A stretch of DNA of 64,000 nucleotides from Macrostomum lignano (Eukaryota): the NCBI GenBank assembly GCA_002269645.1, contig NIVC01001756.1, positions 1 through 64,000 on the forward strand, given 5' to 3'. The position numbers were made by a program, and so were the translations under genes. Every line of letters begins with the position of its first letter. Positions within the stretch are counted from its first letter, which is position 1. Below are positions 22,444 through 35,694 of the stretch, piece after piece. The notes under the pieces were generated by a model. It saw only the letters and a program-made list of their open reading frames with translations. It searched no databases and was not told the DNA's origin.

Positions 22444-25400
22444 ATGGAAGCAAGAGAGAGATGGCTGGTTATTATTGCTCTGCTGCTGGCAACGGTAAGT
22501 GGCTTCAAGTTAATAATAATTTTTGATTACCACAGTAAATCCTATTTAGCATAATAATTATTCAATTTTCAGATTGCCGAGTCCTCGTCACTGCTGTATC
22601 CGCAAGTCTTTGTTCCGCGCTTGATTGAGGTTAGTTAGTGTGTGCTCGCTTCCTGTGATTAGTGTGCCTACTTCCCATGATTAGTGTGGTCACTTCCTGT
22701 GATTAGTGTGACTCACTTCCCATGATTAGTGTGGTCACTTCCCATGATTAGTGTGCTCGCTTCCCATGATTAGTGTGCTCGCTTCCCATGATTAGTGTGG
22801 TCACTTCCCATGATTAGTGTGTTCACTTCCCATGATTAGTGTGTTCACTTCCCATAATTAGTGTGTTCACTTCCCATGATTAGTGTGCTCGCTTCCCATG
22901 ATTAGTGTGGTCACTTCCCATGATTAGTGTGCTCGCTTCCCATAATTAGTGTGTGCTCACTTCCCATGATTAGTGTGTTCACTTCCCATGATTAGTGTGC
23001 TCGCTTCCCATGATTAGTGTGTTCACTTCCCATGATTAGTGTGTTCACTTCCCATGATTAGTGTGCTCGCTTCCCATAATTAGTGTGTGCTCGCTTCCCA
23101 TGATTAGTGTGTTCACTTCCCATGATTAGTGTGTTCACTTCCCATGATTAGTGTGCTCGCTTCCCATGATTAGTGTGGTCACTTCTCATGATTAGTGTGT
23201 TCACTTCCCATGATTAGTGTGTTCACTTCCCATGATTAGTGTGGTCACTTCCCATGATTAGTGTGCTCGCTTCCCATGATTAGTGTGCTCGCTTCCCATG
23301 ATTAGTGTGCTCGCTTCCCATGATTAGTGTGCTCGCTTCCCATAATTAGTGTGTGCTCACTTTCCATGATTAGTGTGCTCACTTCCCATGATTAGTGTGC
23401 TCGCTTCCCATGATTAGTGTGTTCACTTCCCATGATTAGTGTGCTCGCTTCCCATGATTAGTGTGGTCACTTCCCATGATTAGTGTGCTCGCTTCCCATG
23501 ATTAGTGTGGTCACTTCCCATGATTAGTGTGTTCACTTCCCATGATTAGTGTGCTCGCTTCCCATGATTAGTGTGTGCTCACTTTCCATGATTAGTGTGT
23601 GCTCACTTCCCATGATTAGTGTGTTCACTTCCCATGATTAGTGTGTTCACTTCCCATGATTAGTGTGCTCGCTTCCCATAATTAGTGTGTGCTCACTTCC
23701 CATGATTAGTGTGTGCTCACTTCCCATGATTAGTGTGTTCACTTCCCATGATTAGTGTGTTCACTTCCCATGATTAGTGTGCTCGCTTCCCATGATTAGT
23801 GTGTTCACTTCCCATGATTAGTGTGTTCACTTCCCATGATTAGTGTGTTCACTTCCCATGATTAGTGTGCTCGCTTCCCATGATTAGTGTGTGCTCACTT
23901 TCCATGATTAGTGTGTGCTCACTTCCCATGATTAGTGTGTTCACTTCCCATGATTAGTGTGTTCACTTCCCATGATTAGTGTGCTCGCTTCCCATGATTA
24001 GTGTGTTCACTTCCCATGATTAGTGTGTGTTCACTTCCCATGATTAGTGTGCTCACTTCCCATGATTAGTGTGTGCTCACTTCCCATGATTAGTGTGTGC
24101 TCACTTCCCATGATTAGTGTGTTCACTTCCCATGATTAGTGTGTTCACTTCCCATGATTAGTGTGCTCGCTTCCCATGATTAGTGTGTTCACTTCCCATG
24201 ATTAGTGTGTGCTCGCTTCCCATAATTAGTGTGTGCTCACTTTCCATGATTAGTGTGTGCTCACTTCCCATAATTAGTGTGTGCTCACTTTCCATGATTA
24301 GTGTGTGCTCACTTCCCATGATTAGTGTGTTCACTTCCCATGATTAGTGTGTTCACTTCCCATGATTAGTGTGCTCGCTTCCCATGATTAGTGTGTTCAC
24401 TTCCCATGATTAGTGTGCTCGCTTCCCATGATTAGTGTGGTCACTTCCCATGATTAGTGTGCTCGCTTCCCATAATTAGTGTGTGCTCACTTCCCATGAT
24501 TAGTGTGTGCTCACTTCCCATGATTAGTGTGTGCTCGCTTCCCATGATTAGTGTGTGCTCACTTCCCATGATTAGTGTGTGCTCACTCCCTATGAAAAGT
24601 AAGTAGTTATTTTCATAATTAATACTCAACTTTAAATTCCTATTATCACTCAATTCACACGCACTCACATCCGCCACCGCAGCATTTCGGCTACAGCGAC
24701 CAGGAGATCGGGTATTACGTTGGCATACTGAATTCTGGTCGCTATGCTGGCAACATTTTTGGCGCCATCTTCTGGAGCTCTCTGTCCGACACAAAAGGTC
24801 GACGAGCTGTCATATTGATCAATTTGGCCTGTTCAATTCCGTGCAATTTGTTGTTCGGTCTGGCGCCTAATTTTGGCTCCGCATTGGCAGCGCGCCTACT
24901 AATTGGCGCCACTTCTGCTGTTATCCCGCTAAGCAAGACTGTTGTGTACGAGATTTCTAACAAGGATAATCAGGTGACTCATTTCTTTGTGTTGGGATTT
25001 TTCAAGATGAAAATAACAGTTTACAGCGTCCCTTTTTAATCGTCAGGCATGTAAACTTCCTGTGGGTGTTAAATCTTCCCAACCATACATGCTCAACTTA
25101 GAAATTTACTTTTTGACCAAAAATGCGACTTACCTATTCAAAAGAAACCCTAAAGCAAAAATTAACGCAATTTTAAGTAAACGGTAGGAGTAACTATAAC
25201 TGTATTATTAAGGCGAAATGCCTCGTCGTCTAATTAGTACTACGTCTGTATTTTGTCGTGTCGGCGTTTTTGCGACTTATCTTGGCCAGCCCGGGGTTTA
25301 GGAATGTATGTTAACTACTGTTGAAAATAATTAATAATAATAATAATAATACTTTGATATAAGTGTATATGTATATGTATATATATGTACTTTGTGGACA

Positions 25401-28400
25401 AGCTTATGTAATATGTAAGTATGTACTATATGTACTATAATTAAAATTATACTTATATGTATAAGTACTTATATATAGTATTTATATAATAATAATAATA
25501 ATATAATATAAATAATAATTTTATTAGAAGGACTACTCAAGTAGAAGAACAGAACTTCTTGGAAAGTTTTAGGAGGCAGGTTTTACCGAACAATATACTG
25601 CGGGGATAGGAGGTTTCTATTTTTTCGGCACGAAACTCGTAATTTCTTTTGATATCAGGCAGACACAATGCTCATCTTTTGATAGATCTTGCCTTGCTTA
25701 TGGCCCCTATCGATATTAATGGGATTTTACAATTGACTTGTCTTCCATTCAATAATACCGCAGGTCATGGCCATGTCTGTTGTCAACTTTGGCTTCGTTT
25801 TCGGCGTTATTCTGGCCGCCAATATGGGCGCCTTCTTGTCCGATCCCTACAATCAGTTTGGCGACACTTTTCCGGAGATGGCGTTAGTTAGGAAATTCCC
25901 GTTTGCCCTGCCTTCGTTAGTTTATTGCGCTTATTGTCTGATTGTTCTGCTGCTGTGCTATGCTTTCCTGCAAGAGACCAAGCAACCCGGCTCTGCCGCA
26001 GCTGTCACTGTGAGCTCATTACTGCTATTAACTGCTTTTAATAGCATTCTTTTGTTGGTGAAGTTATCTAGGAATTGTCTTGAGAAATCGCCCCTAATTT
26101 CCTTGCCAAATCGCCCTTAATTACCTTGAAAAATCGCCCCTAATTACTTTGAGAAATCGCCCCTAATTACCTTGAGAAAACGCCCCTAATTACCTTTAGA
26201 AATCGCCCCTAATCTCCTTTAGAAATCGCCCCTAATTTCCTTGAAAAATCTCCCCAAATTACCTTGAGAAATCGCCCCTAATTTCCTTGAAAAATCTCCC
26301 CAAATTACCTTGAGAAATCGCCCCTAATTTCCTTGAAAAATCTCCCCAAATTACCTTGAGAAATCGCCCCTAATTACCTTGAGAAAACGCCCCTAATTAC
26401 CTTTAGAAATCGCCCCTAATCTCCTTTAGAAATCGCCCCTAATTTCCTTGAAAAATCTCCCCAAATTACCTTGAGAAATCGCCCCTAATTTCCTTGAAAA
26501 ATCTCCCCAAATTACCTTGAGAAATCGCCCCTAATTTCCTTGAAAAATCTCCCCAAATTACCTTGAGAAATCTCCCCTAATTTCCTTGAAAAATCTCCCC
26601 AAATTACCTTGAGAAATCGCCCCCGATTTCCTTGAGAAATCACCCCTTATTACCTTAAGAAGTCACTCCTGATTACCTTGAGAAAAAATTGCTCTTAATT
26701 ACTTTGAGAAATCACCCTTAAATTCCTTGAGAAATCGCTCTTAATTTTTTTAAGAAATCGCCCTTAATTACCTTGAGAAATCGCCCCTCATAACCTTGAG
26801 AAATCGCCCCTAATTACTTTAAGAAATCGCCCCTGATTTCCTTAAGAAATCACTCCTAATTACCTTAAGGAATCGTCCCAATTACTTCTACCTAAAAACA
26901 ACTGTAAATGCAATTAGATTTCAAACACTCCAACAGCTGGAATTAGCAGCCAAGGACGCTAACCACGACAAAGACTGCTGTCGCGGGACCAACAACGCCA
27001 ACGAAGAACGTTGCGCGGACCAATCTTCCAAATCATCCTGTCGGTTGTCATGGCAACCAACAGGAGAAGAGCGAGCCAGTATGCTGCTGTTTCGTTCGGC
27101 CGATCGTATCAATAGTCGTCACTGTCGGCATCATTGTCGCCATAGCAACAACGACGATAGCGTCCTTGGCAACCGGCTATCCAGATCGCAGCATCACCTA
27201 GCAACCGATGGCGTCGATAGTAACGGAAAATTAACAGTGGAAAATAATTCTGCACTGGGAGCTTTTAGCGCTATTGCAGCCCTGAGTCACAGTGTTGCCG
27301 CATTGGCTGAACAACCAATTGTCGAATTCTGCGCCAATCTGGATGGAGATAATAACGATTCAGATGCTATTGTAGTCGCTAAAACTACTTTTAGTAGCAA
27401 TAAACGCCTCAAAACTTCGAGTAAATCTAATTTGGGCGCTTGTACAGCTTTTCTATCGTTGGTGCGTCGCCTAGCAACCGTTGGACGAAGGCTATTCTCA
27501 GACTACCCTCTATTTAAAGTTGTACTATTCGTGTACACCGTGACGTGCTCGGGCACGGTTATGTTTGACGAATGCGTGAGCGTGTTTGCATTGGACAGGG
27601 CTGCCGGGTTGGCGCTGCAGTCTAAACACCTCGGCCTTATTAACATTATGGCGCTGGTGGCTTTGATGCCATTTATCGCCTTGCTGCCGCCTCTGAGCAA
27701 GATACTGGGCCCGATGAGGGTGAGTTCTGTTTTTGTTTGGAGAGCCATGCTTTTTTAAAAATAGTTTTTTAATAAAACGCATACCGGTATACTTGTAACT
27801 TTAACTTTGCCATAAAAATTCTTACAAATGCCTTTTGATTTCTTAGAAAATCGACCCTCAACTTTTTTGTTAAATCGCCCCTTGGCTTTTTATAGAGTCG
27901 CCCCTTGATTTCTTTTAAAATCTTCTCTCGATTTCTTAGAAAAGCCCCCCCCCAGGCTCTCAGAAAATCGGTTTCAGTCTTATAGAAAACCGCCATTTAA
28001 AATTAAAAATCTCTCATTAGTTTCCTAGAAACTCGCCTCTTCCTTAGAAAATCGCCGCTATCATATTTATTTATTAAGGTATTAAGATATTAATTTAATT
28101 AATTTAATTTAAATTTTAGTTTAAAAAAAATATTTTTCAAAGAATTCATTTCAATCTTGATGCGCAGGCTTTGATCGCGATGATCGTTTGTGTTTCAATT
28201 TCCGAGTAAGAATTCATTTATTTCGTTCAATTTAATCGCTCCAGAAAAAAGCCGATTACCCTTGTACATTTTTTACAATCCGCTGATCTTATCAGTCCGC
28301 TGATCTTTTTTTTCCTCAAAATAATGAGATAATAAACTCTCACCTGTACGCATCTACGTTATTTTTTACTGCAGCTTTGCAGTAAGTTGCAGTTTTCAGA

Positions 28401-28592
28401 TGTAGCCAGACTGATTGCATTGCCTGTTTTGGTGGGCGTCTCTTAATTATATAGTTACGTTTTCTTAACACCCTTGCGTCCTAGAATGCTGGTGGAATAC
28501 TGCAGCAGACAGACAGACAAATATTAAGGCAGACACTAAGACAGACAAACAGACAGACGAACATACAGACAGACAGACATACAGACATACAT

Positions 28593-28643
<51 letters not shown>

Positions 28644-29909
28644 CACTAAGGCAGACAAAGAAACAGACAGACAGACAGACCGGTAGACAAACAAACAGAT
28701 AGACAGACATTAAGGCAGACAAACAGACAGACAGACATTAAGGCAGACAAACAGAAAGACAAACGAAGGCAGACAAACAGACAGACAGACATTAAGGCAG
28801 ACAAACAGACAGACAGACATTAAGACAGACAAACAGAAAGACAAACGAAGGCAGACAAACAGACAGACAGACATTAAGGCAGACAAACAGACAGACAGAC
28901 ATTAAGGCAGACAAACAGAAAGACAAACGAAGGCAGACAAACAGACAGACAGACATTAAAGCAGACAAACAGACAGACAGACATTAAGGCAGACAAACAG
29001 AAAGACAAACGAAGGCAGACAAACAGACAGACACCAAGGCAGACTGACAGAAGACAGACAGACAGAGACAGGAAGACAGACAGATGCTACTTAGTCTGTA
29101 AGTCAGACAGGCGGACAGGCAAGCACAGACAAATTACTAACACCTAACGGCCACGTTTCATGTGGTAAAAGTTTTAAATTGTAAAAGAATTTTGCCTTGA
29201 TTGCTTATAGAAAATTTATATTCCTATGCTACTACTGAATATAGTTTAGGTGGACTTAGTAATGTTGGATTCGTATTAAAAACGCTTTATTCTTTTGTTA
29301 TCATTGCTAAACTTTGAGCAACATAACTGACCAATCGTTCTCTCCCAGATGCACATGATCGGCCTGCTAATTGGCGTAGTGGCGGTCACCTGCTTCCCCC
29401 TGTCCGTGCTGTTCGGCTGCCGCTCCAGCAACATCACGCCGTGTATCTTTGGCATCGGCACTTTGCTCACCGTGAAGAATATCTGTCTATTCTGGTGCTT
29501 CACTACCGTCAGCGTTCTGCTGAATAATTCCGTGTCTGCCAGCACTGCCGGAACCGCCAACGGAGTTGGAATTGTCTTCTCTAATGTGTCTCGGTGAGCA
29601 TGCTGTGTGTCTGGCCTGCCGGGTGTTCCAGTGATAGTTGTGTGCGGTGTGTGCGCTACTTACCTAGTTTCTGTCTGTTTGTCTATCTGTCTGACTGTGT
29701 GTCTGCGTCTGTCTGTGTGTCTGTCTGTCTGTGTGTCTGCGTCTGTCTGTGTGTCTGTCTGTCTGTGTGTCTGTGTGCCTGCCTGTCTGTCTGTGTGTCT
29801 GTTTGTCTGTCTGTCTGTCTGTCTATCTGTCCGTCTGTCTGTCTGTCTGTCTGTCTGTCTGTGTGTCTGTCTGTCTGTCTGTCTATCTGTCCGTCTGTCT
29901 GTCTGTCTC

Positions 29910-29954
<45 letters not shown>

Positions 29955-29961
29955 GCCTGCC

Positions 29962-29998
<37 letters not shown>

Positions 29999-30011
29999 GT
30001 CCGTCTGTCTC

Positions 30012-30058
<47 letters not shown>

Positions 30059-30101
30059 GCCTGCCTGCCTGCCTGCCTGTCTGTCTTTGTGTGTGTCTGG
30101 C

Positions 30102-30140
<39 letters not shown>

Positions 30141-30493
30141 GTCTGTCTGTGTGTCCGTCTGTCTGCCTGCCTGCCTGCCTGTCTGTCTGTCTGTCTGTCT
30201 GTCTTTGTGTGTGTCTGGCTGTCTGTCTGTCTGTTTAGGATCGACCTATCAGTCCTACTTCTGTGTTAACTACGGCCAATGTTTTGTAAACCGGCCCTCG
30301 TCCCCCCAATAAAACCAACAGCATAATCGGCATCAGTGTCGGCACCAGCCTGCTGCAGTTCACCTTCAACCAGGGCCTTCCCTACCCTTTGGATTACAAT
30401 CTGGTTTTCATTCTGGTTGGCGGCCTGCTATGCGTGTGCGCCGGTATCCAGTCGACCCTGCCTCTGCACATCGAAGATCAAATTCACAAATAA
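22444..30493 (+). CDS. MFS 12-TM transporter, ZIFL/TPO-like (DHA1-related), ~614 aa
   Basis: Exons: 22444-22494, 22573-22629, 24683-24973, 25764-26009, 26937-27719, 29349-29593, 30322-30493; all GT-AG with consistent phases (1845 nt). Motifs EIGYYVG, MFS motif A (WSSLSDTKGRRAV), ARLLIG, KFPFALPS, LQET, LLNNSV..AGTANGVG as in plant ZIFL-family transporters; long cytoplasmic loop between TM6 and TM7. Confidence 0.88.
22634..24590. repeat. 21-23-bp minisatellite (GATTAGTGTGCTCACTTCCCAT)n, ~2 kb, MFS intron 2
   Basis: About 90 units starting about 5 nt after the donor. Confidence 0.96.
26085..26885. repeat. 23-bp minisatellite (GAGAAATCGCCCCTAATTACCTT)n, MFS intron 4
   Basis: Tandem units; degenerate relatives at 27830-28060 and 57000-57170. 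Confidence 0.93.
28505..29085. repeat. (GACA)n-based microsatellite
   Basis: agacagac runs with taaggc interruptions. Confidence 0.93.
29660..30235. repeat. (TGTC)n-based microsatellite, reverse complement of the (GACA)n tract
   Basis: tctgtctg runs; explains ORFs 29594..30312. Confidence 0.95.
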
Positions 30494-31012
30494 TTTGCTT
30501 TTGAAGCAACATTTTTATGCCAATGGAGGGCGCGGTCGTTAATATTTTTGCGTGTTTTTTTCTGGATTTTTTCTTTGTCTAGTTTTTGATTAAATTTTCT
30601 TAACAGAATCTCTGCGTAACCTGTCAGTATATATATAAACAAATCGGATAAGTCAGATTAATTGGCTTTAATACAGTAATAATATATAAGACGAGACAGC
30701 TGGTAGTTATAGTCAGTTAACTACACTCGTAAAATCTCGCAAATGTTTATTTTTCCTGTCGTATTGTCTATAGTATTCATCTGTTTTTGCTTAATATCGT
30801 TTATATTCTTAATCTCTTAAAACAGAAATTTAAACTTGTTCTCAATTGTGCTCAATTTAGCATTCGTCCGTTTGCGTATCAAATAGTACATAGATAGTAT
30901 ATTATAGTGCGGCAATATTGCGCCAATTGGGAACTTCGTTTCTTTCGTTGATTTACGGCTTCGTTGATAAACTTAAGTGTTCTTGGACGGCGGGGCACAA
31001 AAACCACAAAAG

Positions 31013-31322
31013 CCACGCTTTATTAGCGTCCGAGCGTGTGGAGTGAGTGGGGTCGAAAATATCGATTTTCCTGTCGGCCCAAAAACCACCACCCCATTGC
31101 CATAGCCAGACTGACTTTAAATTAACGGTGTAGGCTTGCCACGCTTTATTGGTGTCCGAGTGTGTAGAGTAAGTGGGGTCGAAAATATCGATTTTCCTGT
31201 CGGCCCAAAAACCACCACCCCATTGCCATAGCCCGACTGACTTTAAATTAACGGTGTAGGCTTGCCACGCTTTATTGGTGTCCGAGCGTGTAGTGAGTGG
31301 GGTCGACGAAAATATCGATTTT
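31013..31322. repeat. ~125-bp direct repeat, ~2.5 copies
   Basis: gccacgctttatt...gtggggtcgaaaatatcgatttt occurs three times. Confidence 0.85.
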
Positions 31323-32399
31323 TAAATTAAATTTTAATTTAAAAAAAAACGACAACAATCCCTTCATGTACTTCCCTCCCATGGCCCTCTTAATTATTAT
31401 TGGCTTGACATCGGCCTCCCTCTAGTTAGTAGTGCTTCATCTTTTATAAATTCTTTATTGTGCGCTGCGGCAACACCTGACAGCGGCTGTGCTCTCTAAT
31501 TTTTGGATGTTTCGGCGTACCAAAGGTATCCAATAATTTCAAATCTAACGCCAGAGCTTTTATTCGACAAGTGTTTAGTCAATTTCTATATTTAAAAAAA
31601 TTGCATGTGGCCGCCAAGTTTATGGTGTCTTTGACTAGACTGGCAATTGTACTTTTATCTTAAAACAGCTCTTTAAATAATTTGTATGTTTTGATCTCTG
31701 TTTTCGCTTTTCAGTGTTATGTATCTTATGTGTGCGCTCAAAAGCCAGAAAAATTTTGAAAGAAAAATAAAGACGAAGTTGTTTTGCTAGCATTCTGCTA
31801 ACTTCGGAATGTTTAGTTTATGAGTTGTTGGGACACATCTGTGAGATAGAACACTGATTTCAGTTAAATTTTGGAAAAAAAATTGCTGTTGTTGAACAAC
31901 TATTAGTTTCCTGATTTTTAGAATCTCAATTCTAACCTTATCACAATAGACAGCTTGATTGCGTTTTATAGTCTATCTTACAGAAAATACTCGTAACTTT
32001 TGGAAGTACCATTTACCTTGCTTTAAGTCATTAACTACTTGTCATTGCAATACATATAATAGATTATTATTAACGAGGAAAACAACACTATTCAACCTTT
32101 TCTAACCCATCTTAATATGTATTTTTGTTGCCTGCAGTTTAATATCCTCAGGTTCCGCTATTCGTTTTGATTTTAAAGCATCAGAACACAATTCAGCTGT
32201 GTGCTAAAGGTTCCGAATATAAAAAAGCACTAGAGAGATTACATTTCGTTATAAAATCTAATTAGATTTTTTCTGCGTTTTATTTGATGTTGCTTAAAAA
32301 TGCAAATGATTGTTTAAGTTTTCCTACCAAAAGGTAATAGTTTACTGGGGAGAAAGAAATGAGGAGAATAGTAGCTAGCGGTAGAGGAAAGAAAGAAAA

Positions 32400-34135
32400 A
32401 AGAGCGGTAAAGGAGAGGAACGGGTGTGGAGGGGAGAAGATAGAGGAAGATAGAGGAACAGGGGTAGAGAAGAGAAACAGGGGTAGAGCAGAGGAACAGG
32501 GGTAGAGAAAAGGAACAGGTGTAGAGGAGAAGAACAGGGGTAGAGAAAAAGAACAAGGATAGAGAAAAGGAACAGGGGTAGAGAAAAGGAACAGGTGTAG
32601 AGGAGAGGAACAGGTGTAGAGGAGAGAAACAGGAGTAGAGAAAAAGAACAAGGGTAGAGAAAAGGAACAGGGGTAGAGAAAAGGAACAGGTGTAGAGGAG
32701 AGGAACAGGTGTAGAGGAGAGAAACAGGTGTAGAGGAGAGGAACAGGGATAGAAAAAAAGAGAGGTAGAAGAGAGAAACAGGTGTAGAGGAGAGGAACAG
32801 GTGTAGAGGAGAGGAACAGGAGTAGAGAAAAAGAACAAGGGTAGAGAAAAGGAACAGGGGTAGAGAAAAGGAACAGGTGTAGAGGAGAGGAACAGGTGTA
32901 GAGGAGAGAAACAGGTGTAGAGGAGAGGAACAGGTGTAGAGAAAAGGAACAGGTGTAGAGGAGAGGAACAGGGGTAGAGGAGAGAAACAGGTGTAGAGAA
33001 GAGGAACAGGTGTAGAGGAGAGGAACAGGGGTAGAGCAGAGAAACAGGGGTAGAGAAAAGGAACAGGTGTAGAGGAGAGAAACAGGTGTAGAGGAGAGGA
33101 ACAGGGGTAGAGCAGAGGAACAGGGGTAGAGAAAAGGAACAGGTGTAGAGGAGAGAAACAGGTGTAGAGGAGAGGAACAGGTGTAGAGGAGAGGAACAGG
33201 GGTAAAGAAAAGGAACAGGGGTAGAGAAAAGGAACAGGTGTAGAAGTGAGGAACAGGGGTAGAGAAAAAGGAACAGGAGTATAGGAAAGAGGCGTAGAGG
33301 AGAGGTAAAGGGATAGAAAAAAAAGAGGTAGAAGAGAGAAACAGGTGTAGAGGAGAGAAACAGGTGTAGAGAAGAGGAACAGGTGTAGAGGAGAGGAACA
33401 GGGGTAGAGCAGAGAAACAGGGGTAGAGAAAAGGAACAGGTGTAGAGGAGAGAAACAGGTGTAGAGGAGAGGAACAGGGGTAGAGCAGAGGAACAGGGGT
33501 AGAGAAAAGGAACAGGTGTAGAGGAGAGAAACAGGTGTAGAGGAGAGAAACAGGTGTAGAGGAGAGGAACAGGGGTAGAGCAGAGGAACAGGGGTAGAGA
33601 AAAGGAACAGGTGTAGAGGAGAGAAACAGGTGTAGAGGAGAGGAACAGGTGTAGAGGAGAGGAACAGGGGTAGAGAAAAGGAACAGGTGTAGAAGTGAGG
33701 AACAGGGGTAGAGAAAAAGGAACAGGAGTATAGGAAAGAGGCGTAGAGGAGAGGTAAAGGGATAGAAAAAAAGAGGTAGAAGAGAGAAACAGGTGTAGAG
33801 GAGAGAAACAGGTGTAGAGAAGAGGAACAGGTGTAGAGGAGAGGAACAGGTGTAGAGGAGAGGAACAGGTGTAGAGGAAAGGAACAGATGTAGAGGAGAG
33901 GAACAGGGGTAGAGAAAAGGAACAGGTGTAGAGGAGAGGAGAGGAACAGGTGTAGAGGAGAGGAACAGGGGTAGAGAAAAGGAACAGGGGTAGAGCAGAG
34001 GAACAGGGGTAGAGAAAAGAAACAGGTGTAGAGGAGAGAAACAGGGGTAGAGAAAAGGAAGAGGGGTAGAGCAGAGGAACAGGGGTAGAGAAAAGGAAGA
34101 GGGGTAGAGGAGAGGAACAGGGGGTGGAAAGGAAG
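32400..34135. repeat. ~19-bp purine-rich minisatellite (GAGGAACAGGTGTAGAGGA)n with larger internal duplications
   Basis: Explains the 664-aa ORF 32280..34274. Confidence 0.95.
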
Positions 34136-34268
34136 CGGAGTGGAAAATGTTCAGAATCAACTCACTCCACAAAGCTTCGTTCTCATTTATTGATGACTGA
34201 TTTAGTTTTAAAAGATCCGTGAGAAACTTCCGGGTGCACAACAGCAGCACATGCTGCCACAATAGAGA

Positions 34269-34547
34269 TTGCATTTACATGCAACAGCAGCAATGCACCG
34301 GTACCAGCTGTATCAACACGAGTCTGAGCAGCAGGGTTCAAGAAGCCGATCAGGCCGACTCGATAGTTTGAGTGTGATAAAAGTTCTGATACTAGTTATG
34401 CTAGTGGTTGCCGGCATTGTCACATTAGTTGTCGTTGCCAGCGTAGCCGACAGCGAATCAGCATCCGCATCGAATTTCTTAGAAGAGCTGCCGTTTGATC
34501 AACGGTCGACGGGTTCGAATACGGATCACGTGCCCGCCGCTTCCTAG
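34269..34547 (+). CDS. Possible small single-pass membrane protein (unknown)
   Basis: Non-repetitive, CpG-containing ORF; first ATG at 34293; one ~26-residue hydrophobic stretch (VIKVLILVMLVVAGIVTLVVVASVA). No family recognised. Confidence 0.3.
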   Translation: MHLHATAAMHRYQLYQHESEQQGSRSRSGRLDSLSVIKVLILVMLVVAGIVTLVVVASVADSESASASNFLEELPFDQRSTGSNTDHVPAAS

Positions 34548-35124
34548 AGGCTTTTCAAAGGGAGAAACTGATCAATTCAATTGCTTATTTCTGGTCGTCT
34601 GTTCTTTGAAAAATATTTTAGAATCTTTCAATTAAAATATTCGGATTTTTTCATCGTTCTACTTCAAGTAGCAATTTTTTTAGAATTGTTTTTACATGCA
34701 AAATTTGTTTTTAACTAATTACTATTGCCTTGCTTTAATTTGTTAATCTGGTCAACTTTTTAAACTTATTAGGCAAACATAGAAGCTTTTTGTGGCATCT
34801 GAATGTCTCAAAAGTTGTTAAAATCAAGATCGGTAAAGTGTTCAAGTTTCGCTATTTTAATGTAGTGACGTAATTTTATAATACTTCTATGTTCTATGTT
34901 TTTTCAATTGTTAAGTCTCTCTACACGCTGCTGATTTTGACTATACATGTGAGTGCAAAATGCTATTATATAATTTCAGGTAATCGGTTCATTCTTTAAT
35001 GGCTGTCAGTATATTGATGTTGCAATTTTCAACTTGGTGTTCGATTTGCCATTGTTTTATTTTTACGCTGCTAACCAGGGGCGAAACTATAAAATATTTT
35101 TTGTTGCACGCATGTGCGCCAAAA

Positions 35125-35607
35125 GAATAGGGGCGCCAAATTAGCCATGGAAGAGAGGGTGGCAAAGCTACGGAAGAGAGGGGGCGCCAAAGCTACTGTG
35201 AAGAGGGCGCCAAAGCTACCGTGAGAGGGGGTGCAAAAGCTACCGTGAGAGGGGGTGCCAAAGCTACCGTGAGAGGGGGTGCCAAAGCTACCGTGAGAGG
35301 GGGCGCCAAAGCTACCGTAAGAGAGGGGGTGCCAAAGCTACCGTGAGAGTGGGCGCCAAAGCTACCCTGAGAGGGGGCGCCAAAGCTACCCTGAGAGGGG
35401 GCGCCAAAGCTACCGTAAGAGAGGGGCGCCAAAGCTACCGTGAGAGGGGGCGCCAAAGCTACCGTGAGAGGGGGTGCCAAAGCTACCGTGAGAGGGGGCG
35501 CCAAAGCTACCGTGAGAGGGGGTGCCAAAGCTACCGTGAGAGGGGGTGCCAAAGCTACCGTGAGAGGGGGCGCCAAAGCTACCCTGAGAGGGGGCGCCAA
35601 AGCTACT
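35125..35607. repeat. 23-bp minisatellite (GGGGCGCCAAAGCTACCGTGAGA)n
   Basis: About 19 units; preceded by CAGGGGCG at ~35077, possibly a MITE end. Confidence 0.92.
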
Positions 35608-35694
35608 TTAAAAGGGTACCATGTACTCTTCCAGCACTCTGGCCAACGCCCAGTGTAGCCAAATTAGCCATTAACCATAATCAGCCAGTGTTGC

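Noticed and set aside
34150-34500. Cys-rich selenoprotein on the minus strand (CCSDSC-TGA-YSWYRC)
   Set aside because: No start or splice entry, other stops flank it, and no SECIS was recognised.
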